From: Trichoplax adhaerens
Taxonomy: Eukaryota > Animalia > Placozoa
DNA: 64,000 bases
Assembly (NCBI RefSeq): GCF_000150275.1
Contig: NW_002060943.1
Coordinates: 2,508,462 to 2,572,461 of the forward strand
Direction: 5' to 3'
In this document: in pieces, positions 36,781 to 47,920 of the stretch
Layout of the letters: every line of letters begins with the position of its first letter
How positions within the stretch are numbered: position 1 is the stretch's first letter
Notes under the pieces: generated by a model
Seen by the model: the letters and a program-made list of their open reading frames with translations, nothing else
Databases searched by the model: none
Told to the model about the DNA's origin: nothing
Position numbers and translations under genes: made by a program

Positions 36781-38352
36781 CGCTTTTTTTCGATTTCATT
36801 TTTCATTTAACTTGCTCTTGCAAGTTGCTCCAATTTTTTCTTCTAGGCGGTCAGTTTCGAAATCTACCGCTATTCTTTCAATTTCAAGGTGGTCAGTGAT
36901 AGTCAGCCACTGCGATATTCGTATTGGATACCAGCCTAATCGATTGATCACTCTAGGTAAGAAATGCTTGATATCACACTACAGTTTATAAATTGGATAG
37001 TTCTTGTTTGATTCACAACTTGATTCGTTTGCACTATCCATTCTTACTGACTGTCAGCAATAAAATGCTCCATTATGGATGCTGCGGTGCGGTTTCTTTT
37101 CGCTCTACTCTACCTATAGTGTGTAATACAGCATACTGCAGTAGAGCATCCATACATTATTTCACGACGTGCTTCGACAAATCATAATTTCATTGGATTG
37201 CCAAGTCACAATATCATCAACGTTCAATAGTGACAACTGATTGAATAGAGTTAGCTTGCCCTATTAACTCGATCACAGCCGTCTATGCGACATCATGTAC
37301 TACCATCATTTCAAAAGACACATCAAGTCGGCGCTCAGAAAATCATACCAAATACTGATCCAAATTGTACGATAGAAGACGCACATTTGTATAGTACAGT
37401 ACAGTACTGTACTTTTTGCAGGCATACTGACTCTCTCTTTGATTTCATGGGTCGATTTCTACCACAAATTATATTCTCATTGCTCTAATTTCTTTCTTTG
37501 TGGCATTACTGTACGGATAGGGTAACAGTTGACCCTTGATAAGCATGCAGTACAGTGTCCTTTGACTGTATAGGACATGATTGCTTGGTAGAGACTACTT
37601 GAACATCATTGAACTAGACTTTTTAATAGCGGAATTGGTTAAAAAATGAAATTGAATGATGGAACATCCTTGATTGATACCTTGCTAGAAAAAGATTTTT
37701 TTGACAATGGGATTGTATAGCGCTGATCGACTGTATTGTACACTGTACAGTACTACGGATGTCTCAATGAGTCCATTTTTTTAACAGTGTCGGATAGTAT
37801 ACGATACGGTACGGTACAGTACTGGACTGACTCAAGAAAACTATGGGGAAAAAAAAAATGGATGCTACTTTGGATACTGCGTAACTGCACTAACAGTGAT
37901 GGAGTTTTCCTGCATTCATTTCAGTGTAGCGCATCATGCTCATCCCTTTTAATTTCTTACCATTTGAAACATTTCTATGGTGTCAAGTAAATGCATAACT
38001 AGTGAAATACTCGTAGAAACTGGTAAAACGTAATTACAGATTAAAAGTCCGCCAGTTTTTTTCGTTGGTATGTACTGTACAGTATTATCCTTTGTATGGG
38101 CCATTTTTTTGAGGGGGGGGGGATTGGGAAGGTGATACTTTCAACTGATCATCGCCACTAATTGTAATGAATAAGAATGATTCTGATTTGCTTGTGTGTT
38201 GATATCCAGTCATTGGGCTGCTACAACATTGGTTGCTGATATACTATTTCATTAATATGCTATTATGTTTTCATTGCTTTCAATCGTAGCCATCACAATC
38301 GACCAGAATTGCCTCATCAAGGTAGTTCTTGACTTAATTTTTGCTAGCGAAA

Positions 38353-41300
38353 GTGGAACGTCGTAGAAACCCTAATCTCCATCTCAGTGCAAGAAAGGAG
38401 GGCTCACCCGAGCTGCAGCCGCAAGGCGCAGCTCAAGGTAATACATCACGCGTTGCTCCGTTTCCTATTAGCAACCATGGATGGGTACCTCCAAGCACTA
38501 GAGGTCGTCGAGTGGAACAACCCGTGCTCGATGTAAATTTGATACGCAGACGCATTCAGGGGTATAGCCTTATTTCAATTTGCTTTTAAAGATTAATTAG
38601 TTATTTACTATGTTAAACGCAAAATAATAATATTCACCTTCCAACTTATGATTCCGATAGTATTCTGAATAAGCTTACCCCCGACAATTTCGATCGACTG
38701 GCCAACCAATTAGTTCATGTCGGGATTAAGAATAAAGAGATTTTAAGTATCGTCATCAAGCTTGTAAGTCGCATCGTCGCAATCTGACTTGTGTTACTGT
38801 TTCTCTCGATATGTTATATTGATTTGAAATAGATCTTTGATTTAATTATGATAATAATATTGTATTTTAGATCTATGATAAAGCAACATCAGAAACTAAA
38901 TATTGCTCCCTGTATGCAAGGCTATGTGGCAGATTATCAGAAGATGCACCGAAATTCGACGAGAAGTCCGATTCCAATGTAAAACTGTTGCGTTTCTTAT
39001 TTAACCTTTGATCGTGACGTACTGTAGATCTAATTTATAAACGTTATTCCATAGTCATTCCGCAAGCTTCTTCTACATATCTGCGAGAATGAATTCCATA
39101 GCAGAACGAAAGCCAGTTCTGGTCAGTATAACTATCTAACCAGTCGTTGTTATATTGATTGCAATTGAAACCATTCACTTACAACAATATCTTTCATTGG
39201 TATAGCCTTTGACAGTATGGCAGGCGACTTGACAGCGGAAGAAGAAGAGGCCAGAACGCTTGCTAAGAGGCGTGTACTGGGTAACATCAAATTTATCGGT
39301 AATTGTATAGATTGCATCAATTAAAGCGTAAAATATTTAAAAGATGCTGCTGTTGATATCACTATTTACAATATTTACTTACATCAACAGGTGAACTTGG
39401 GAAGTTAAAGATTTTAGATAATAAGATTCTCTATGATTGTATTAAAATGGTAAAATCAGCAATTTGGATAAAAACGTCTTTATATTATTTTGCAAAGCTA
39501 ACACTTGTGTTTAACGTTGTAGTTGGTTGTGAAGGGAAAGCCAGACCTAGTTGAATTAAGTGAACAGTTGGAATGTTTATGCGAATTAATGAAAACTTGT
39601 GGGCGACAAATTGACACAGATAAAGCTTCGGTGTGTGTCATTCATTACAAGTCTTTAGGCTTTCTAGTAACACCAAGATACTAAATTCATTTTTTATTCA
39701 CAGGATTGGATGGATGACTGCTTCAAATACATGGAGAAAAAAATGAAAAATAAAAAGTTACCACCCAGAACAAGATTTATGCTGCAAAATATTATTGAAG
39801 TTAGACAGAACAAGGTACTTAAGAGTGCATAATGTTTATGGGATTATTGGCCATTAATTCCTAATTCTAATAATTGCATTCAATTGTAGTGGGTTCCCCG
39901 TAAATGTATGACAGAAAATGGCCCCAAAAGTATCAGTGAAATTAGACAAGAAGCAGGAATGAGAGTATGACTATTGTTTATACGAGTAGATGTATTTTGT
40001 GTTTGATAGCGTGATAGATGTATTTTGTGTTTGATAGCGACAAGTAGTCTTTTATTCCATGATCGTGTAGTTAACGTAATCGACAAGAACAGATCACGTA
40101 GTAATAGAAGCAAAGTATTTGTAGCGCTATTAATAATCCTATTTTAAAAGATTTCAATTTAGCTTCACGATAACGTATTACTATATTCGTATACAAAATT
40201 TAACAGCCATCTAGGATACTCCAAAAGGGCCTACACGATGGTCGAGAAAGTAGGCCACAGCCTGACATTTTTAGTCAGAGAAGGACGGATTTTGATCCAT
40301 ATTTCCATATGCATGAGATATATTTCCGTCGTGATCCCGGTCATGGAAATCATGATATTAGTAACATGATGCAAAATCCAAGATTTCATCCATCTGTTGG
40401 TACGGTGTTGATATTGATGTAATGAAACCGTGCTTTAATTACTCATTCAAGTCTTCAAATTTTATGCTTTTAGTCGCAGAAAATTTTTATATGGACCCAT
40501 CCTATCCTGGAGGATTCCCACCGTTTAACAATCCTATGGCTAATCACAATCACAATGCTTTCATGAATGCTCAAAAGCAGAATCAACTACACCGTCCACC
40601 ACAACCTCAAAGTATGTTAATTACAATTAGTTTAAAACTATTACCCTTACTTATTCTTACATGATTTGACGACTTTTTGCGGTATTGTATCTGAAAATTT
40701 TTTTATTATATTACAAAACCAATCTTGACAGTTACTCTTGTTTCCGCAGATGATATTCGCCCTTCGAAACCTCTCCAGAAAGAATTCCGTCTTGAGAATG
40801 ACGCTAACGTATGTACAGGCAGTATTTCGGTGTATATACATAAAACAACGTTCGATATATTGGTTGCATTCTTACGAATAAATATTTATGTTTATAGATT
40901 AGCCTACGTCCTTCAGATAATTCTATGTTGGTGTCACTGGCATCATCGCAGAAAAATCAACGCAAAACCGCTACACAACCAAATAAAGTGGTAACATATA
41001 AGGAAAATTATATGATTACTCACTTCTAGTTCACGAACTATTTATTTAGTCTTTCCTCGATAATTTTGAAATTGATTTCTACTCGTTTCTATGCATAACT
41101 GATAGGGGCCGCTGATTAGTTTAAGTAAATTGAATTTGACCCCAGAGAAGCCTCGATCCAAAAAAAGTGGCAAATCAGCAGTATTAAGCAGAGAGGACTA
41201 TCGCAACAAAGTGGTAATTAACAAAGATTCTGTCGCTTTATGGCCTATTTCCTTGTGTAGCTACAATTTTTTTATGTATTTGTGGTATAGGAATCATGTC

Positions 41301-43578
41301 TAAATGATGAAGCGCTCAACACAGAAGCAAATCTTACCGAGGCGCTAAAAGATTTTCACATAGCGCAGTGAGTTATCTATTGATTGATAATTGAATATTT
41401 TAGATGCAATTGATACAACTAAGAAAATTTTACACTGCATGTGACATTAGATACATCGATTTGTTAATATCCTGTATTCTCGAGTATGGTCGAGATAAAG
41501 ACGGTAAATATACTTCATTGTTATACTGGTTACCTATGTTTATGATATTTGTTGGATACTATAACAATTATCTCAAATTTTTTGCATAGTGGCTGAGCGT
41601 AAGCGACTTATGCAATTAGTCGTTCATTTATCTAATGAAGGCTTAATTTCCAAAGAAGATTTCTTCAAAGTAATAGTTTAGCATAAGAATTACGCTGTGT
41701 ACTTTAAGTACTCCAATTTGCTAACATGTAATTTATGAATGATAGGCAATTAAACAATATTTACAAAATATTCAAAAGAATGATGACGAAGCAAATACAG
41801 TCAAGGATAGCGCAGCTGACTATATTGGAGAACTTATGTTTTTAGTAAGTTTTCTAACTTGATATTTTATGCGATTTAACGAAGAATTGTTGTTGTATCT
41901 ATATTAATGTTATTTTTCCCGGCTTGTAGAAGTGGCTTGGAACATCTGAGAGCTTAAAACAAATCGCTGAAATCACTCATGTTTCGTTTGTTATCGCCAT
42001 TTTCAAATGGTTGGAGCGCCGAGTGAACAAGGTACATGTATATTTGATCATTTTGATCTTGCATGGTTAATTACTTACAATGATTTTACTATTTGCAGGA
42101 TTACGTGGTGGAAATCTATGAAGACTCTAAAATTGACCTCCTATTGCTGATACCCGGTTTGTAATTATCATATTTAGAGGGGGATTAAAATAATATCTTA
42201 GATATTTAATGTTATACTAATATATGCAGATCCAGATAATCGAACTATGGATCATCTAATGGAGCTGTTACAAGAAAAGGTAATACAGGCAAAAATTTTT
42301 TTGTTAGATTGTATCAATATTGATCATCCTGACTTATATTAATTTTGGTTGTACTTGCATTGTAGGATCTCGGATATTTGTATCCTTTGCAAAAAGTAGA
42401 GATGGAACTTCTCCAAAAGATCCGAGAAGATCCGAATTCAACTGTTGTCTTTAGGTGGATCAAGGTACGATCACATTACTAAACTGCATCATGTAGCTTT
42501 AAAGTTTAATTCAGGAGGGAAAACTTGTTCCCAAATGCGGGTTCTACGTGATTGTAAACAGAATTATAATATTTAGAAAGTTCGAAATGGTATTGTCTTT
42601 ACTTTGTAAAATTAAAATATCTTTAATTTAAATTTTACCTCAAGACGCTATTTTATTTTTAACTGAATGCGTTTTTTACTACAGCAAACCGTTGACCCTA
42701 GTCTCTACACAAGTGATGATTTCGTGCTCGGTTTATCAACGTGGTAAAACATCATATCAATCTTTATTCAGTAACCTTCAATTAGCGATTAACTAAATTG
42801 GGCCATGCTTGCTTACATTGTTTTTTAGCATATTGAAATACGTAACTGAAAACAGCACCTTGCCGAAAAATTATGATAAATCTGTTCAACCAGAGAAACC
42901 TTTGGTAGAGAAGGAGAAGGAACTTATGCAAGGACTTAAGGTAGTATGATTGTAATGGAACATTTTATGACTTGAATACGGAAAGTATTCAAGTGTATTA
43001 TGTTTTACGAAAACTTGATGCTTAAATTGTTTCATCTGTCTCAATATATTTTAGGGCTTATTGCATCAATTTGTACATGACAAGATCAATTTGCAGGTTG
43101 GATAAATAAATTGTAATATACGGAAGGAGCGAGCATAGTAATGATATACATAAAATGTTATCTTATTTTAGATGATTGTCATCTATGCTCTGCAAGTATT
43201 TTGTTACTCGCGTACATTCCCAAAAGGTAAGCTAAAGTCTAAATTGACTGATGGATGTATTTAATGTAATACTTACACAATAGCTGTTGATCACAGTTAT
43301 GTAATATACGTACTTCTATTAGATCTTATGCAGAGGATGTTCAACATTCTATATGAGGAAGAATTATGCGAGGAAGAAGCCTTTCTGAAATGGAAAGAAG
43401 ACCTTAACGATAAGTACCCTGGCAAAGGAGAGGCTCTATTTAAAGTAAGTACTGGATGAAAATTATGTACAGAATGAAAATATTTTTGTAAGCAAAATTC
43501 TCTTTACGATAGGTAAATCAATGGTTGACATGGCTAGAGACTGCCGAGTCAGAAGATAGCGCATCGGATTCCGATTGA
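38353..43578 (+). CDS. EIF4G2: Eukaryotic translation initiation factor 4 gamma 2 (NAT1/DAP5/p97); about 28 coding exons; probable GTG start at 38353
   Basis: Exons 38353-38561, 38661-38763, 38871-38978, 39055-39121, 39206-39298, 39391-39449, 39523-39630, 39704-39814 and 39890-39964 give the MIF4G domain: WVPPST...RIQGILNKLTPDNFDRL, LYARLCGRLSEDAPKFD, LGNIKFIGELGKL, RFMLQ..WVPRK..NGPKSI. ISLRP at 40898, MA3 exons at 41.3-42.3 kb, and a W2 end EEEAFLKWKED..PGKGEALFKVNQWLTWLETAESE to TGA at 43576-43578. No N-terminal eIF4E-binding extension. Confidence 0.95.
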
Positions 43579-46500
43579 CGAAACATCGCACCTTAACTGA
43601 AAGCTATTCGTTACGTAGTTTGATTTAGATTTTAATACAATTATTACGGTTTGAATGCGATAATAGGATAAAGTCTCTGTTGCTATTCTGTTTCAACTCC
43701 TTACCTTACCTTTGGAATTTCCCTTCTTCATAATTGTTATTCGTGTTGTGATAGCAATTTAACTAATGTCTTGATGCGTATATTTTATTATACTTACATA
43801 CCGGAAGCTATATTATCCGAAGGCAATAGCGTGCCAATATAGTGATATTGAATAGCCAATGCGCAATTCGACATCAAAAAATTGTCGAATCCATTTAGCT
43901 AAATTTGATAAATGCGTTATTTACATGGCAACTCATAATAATGTCAGTTGATGTTCTGTTCATGAATCTTCTATTCTGTATACTTAGTTTAATTCTGTAA
44001 TTGTTCTATTTCATGATACATGTTTGGTCTTACATTTCCTGCAAAAATGTCTGTAAAAATTTTCCTTAACTCATCTCGTTGACTATTTATACCTTAGTAG
44101 TATCGTGTATACACCACATATAAACAGCGACATTAGTCTATCTTTAAGGCAACATTAACCAGTGATAATTTGTTTCGTCCTCAGACTACTAATCCTAATC
44201 TGATTACCATGAATAAATGGAATTATACGACTTTCTCGACTTGACCAGGGGTGATTACAACATTTATCGTGAAATAAATTATCTTGCTAGTAGCTAATTC
44301 TAATTATCTATTTTATGAGTGATGGATTAGTTAGTAGATCGAACTTACGAGCCCGTGGAGCATATCAGTATTACCGAACTATTTCAATATTATATTCAGC
44401 TCTAAAAGTTCAGACTAAATTTAAAATCGGACGTGAAATACGTCTGACTAACCCAATTCACCTCCATAAATACACAGGTGATTAAAAATAGAAATATACG
44501 AAATAGATAATACTAGATTGCAGCTAACAATGACTCACAAACGGACTGTTTACGGCTTACATCGAATTCTTTATAAGTAGAGGTGCATAGTCACATATTG
44601 CATGGACTGATAAGCTATACTATAATCATATACGCGTAGTGCATTACGAATTATGCAACTTTTGAAGAGAAACAGCGATAGCATGGATCTAGGATCCATA
44701 AACTAATTATTCAAGTGTGGTCTTGTAATGATAGAAAATGTATCAGACTTTGCCCATCCTGAGATAATGCAAATTATAAACACGCATATGTGATGCTTAA
44801 ACTAACGAAAGATGCGACAATATTTACTGCACGTACACTAGTTTGGTACTGTTTTATGTTCCATAAAATAGAAATAAAAAATTAAGACTGAAAATATCAT
44901 TTATTTTTTCAGAAAAATACGGTGTAATACAGGCGTCCGATAGCATTAATGGTTTAATTGAGAGAAGAGTCGCTTGCATGTTGTTTTCCATTTTTATTTC
45001 GTTCACCTTTTCAATCCACACTGGTTCTTCAAGTGAATTTTTAGCAATTGAAAGGAACAACTTCATTATAATGATGATGTTGTTAAAAGATTATCATTCA
45101 GAATTAAAATCTTTCATAATAACTTGCCTACTATAATAACTTCATCTATATATGCCCATTTAAAAGATGCTAGCGAAGATAATTCCCATCTATTATTTAA
45201 TTATGTCGTCATACCTAGACTAAAAAATTCTAGCAAAAGATAAACCATCAAGTACTTGAACATCAAAGAATTAACATTTGCAAAGAAATTTAATTTTTGA
45301 ATAGTTGGCTATGCCAACTACGTACATCTAAGACTTGAATTTACTAAATAAGTAATAGATGCTTTCTTTTATCTAAATTTCGGTATACTGGTTAAACTAA
45401 GAATTTTTCACATTAAAAGACAAATAGTAATGGATCAGCTGAAATACGCTTACATTAACTTCTTTGCATACTGATATGGCTCACTCATTAGACATAGTAT
45501 GTATAAACAGGAATATTTTTGATTAAACGAAATTGTTATAATTTAAATAGATTGTAGTCTAAATTTGAAATTTCTTTTGGTCTATAATTATTTTCTCTCC
45601 CACAGATTTATTACGGTCGTAATTTCTGTTAATGAAGTAAGGGGTTATAGAGTTCATTCACTACAATTACTTCTTCTTTATAATGATCATTTTATGAAAA
45701 CGAAATTTATTTACTAATCATGGGCTATTGTAAACTGGAACTATTCTAGTAATGATGGAAAGATAAACCAATTAGTGCACAAAGGCAATAAGAAATGGAG
45801 GCTATTCTGTATTCATATTATCGGCAAAAAATAATAATAAATAAATTGAGATGGCTACAAATTTTAGCAATTAAGATAAAAACCATAGTATATTATTTAT
45901 CTATCCCATGCAATCTTGAAGATTTTTTTCAAGATTCTAATTGATATACAGTCGATCACATTTAGCTAAAAGCCATTATCGCATTTTCGGATGTTTAGTT
46001 GTTTGTTACAGATGACTACCGGTCTATTAAAAGTAGATCTTATTTACAATTGATCCTAGTGTAGGTGTGTATTTTCGACAACTGAACTAGTAGTATGACT
46101 AATTATTCCCATAATTCATTTATGATAAATTTTTTGCTATTACAGCTTATCGGATTCATTGCTTATACTACCTACAACTATTGGTCTCAGTATTACTAAC
46201 TGACATATATTAAGGCTTTAATCAAATTGCTATCATTTTAAATCTTACCCTTTGGCGGTAATACGGCGTCGCAATTCAAACATTTTTACATATAATATAC
46301 TTGCTGTGCAAAAGCAGCAACCCCAGCGAAATTGAGTATTTATTCAGCAGATTTGCATAATAGCGATAGTAAAAATAAGTCCATACAAAAATTATGATAA
46401 GATTATGCGAAAGTAAGGCAGGTAGAAATAGAAATAAGAATGTGACTGATTATAATGCAGAAATATCTAAGAAAGGGTCATAAATTATCAGTATCCGGAT

Positions 46501-46879
46501 TTGCAAGTTATAAGAATAAGTCATAGAAACCATGGTACAAAAGCAAGCTAATATAATAGGAATATTAGAAAATGGGAAGGAGAATTCTGTGAGATAAATG
46601 TCACATTAAATTCGAGTACGGTATGTGAGGGAACTTAAGCTTTAAAATATCGACGAAGTCACGGGAAAAGTCTCCCACCTTCATGAAAATATCTTTATCT
46701 TTTCACTGTAATTTTCGATTCTAATATTTCTGTATGTCTTTATCAAATTAATTAAGTAAATAATTCCTTTTATAGCTTGTTGCCTGATATATTTATAATA
46801 AACTTACCGATTTCTGCCCTCGCGATATTATAGCATTCACAATATAACTAAATAATATCGAGATAAAATGATTCTCATG

Positions 46880-47920
46880 TGTAATGAAATGAAAAGTGTA
46901 GAGATCAAGCTACGAAACTTTAACAAACTTTGATTCTACTTTCGTTGCACTCCGGTCGACTTAACGCTAATACTTTGACACCAAATAAAATTTGGGGAAA
47001 TAACCGAATAACAATTTATTTCAAAACAAAAATGGAGAGAAGTATAAACCGAACAACCTTACAAATACTTAGCTTTAAGTATTATTAAAATAAATGACAG
47101 ACTTAAAAACTGTCAACGACCAAACAACCTTTCAAAAAGAAGAACGTTTTAACTTACGACAATTCGACCCCGAAGGCCTTTTAAATTCAACAAGTTCTTC
47201 AAATAAAATCTTCTTCTACTCTCTCTCTAAATTTTCTAATTGCACTATCATTTATAAGTAATCGCGGCTTCGTAGAGCCGTCAGAGGTATTTAAAACTAA
47301 ACATTTGCTAACCAATCGCTCTTAAGATCCGTTTTAGAAAACTACTTTGCACCATTTAAGAAAACAAAAATCATTCAAAGTTCAGACACAATTTACCCTA
47401 CGATTCCCTTACAAAACACTATAAAAGTAACAAGCTAACTATAAAAATACATCAAACTTCATTTCTAACATAATTTCTATCATTAATACACTATAAAAGT
47501 TTAAAAATCAACCTTTAAACATCAAGATTTAGTCATGAAAACAACATTCTAACTACCTAACAATCAACACAACCTCTGCCAATTTCCATCTTATTTTCTA
47601 TTTTCCTCACTAAATCTCCTAATGTGACTTNCNNNNNNNNNNNNNNNNNNNNNNNNNNNNNNNNNNNNNNNNNNNNNNNNNNATTTGAATAGACGATCAA
47701 ACGCCCTTTCTTTAGATTAGGCATTTGCTCTATAGGGCTACTTCTATAGTAATCTATATAATACCTTGTAAAATAATGAAGAAGAAAAGATGGCGACATG
47801 ATGATTTGGCAGGGTAAAACTTAAAGACACTATCACTTTCTAGGTATTTTCTATAGTAAAATAATACTAATTACATACTAAAAAACTACAAAGGACCCTA
47901 CTTTTAGTCCTTTTACTACA
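46880..47920 (-). mobile_element. Solo-LTR-like element (Gypsy-type, about 1 kb, spans an N gap)
   Basis: Begins TGTAAT and ends ACTACA, flanked by a 4-bp direct repeat CATG (46876-46879 and 47921-47924). Strong A/C strand skew unlike the flanks, minus-strand TATAAAT near 47250-47256, assembly gap at about 47631-47682. Confidence 0.6.

Noticed and set aside
36204-36810. Many overlapping ORFs on both strands rich in VQYCT/YSTV
   Set aside because: They arise from TACAG/CTGTA low-complexity sequence lacking stop codons and show no protein-like features.
38341-38343. TTG as the eIF4G2 start, as in the ORF track
   Set aside because: Poor context inside a polypyrimidine/acceptor-like tract; GTG at 38353 matches the known NAT1 context and V-E N-terminus.
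39989-40040. 23-bp direct repeat (period about 29 bp) in an eIF4G2 intron
   Set aside because: Simple slippage duplication with no sign of function.
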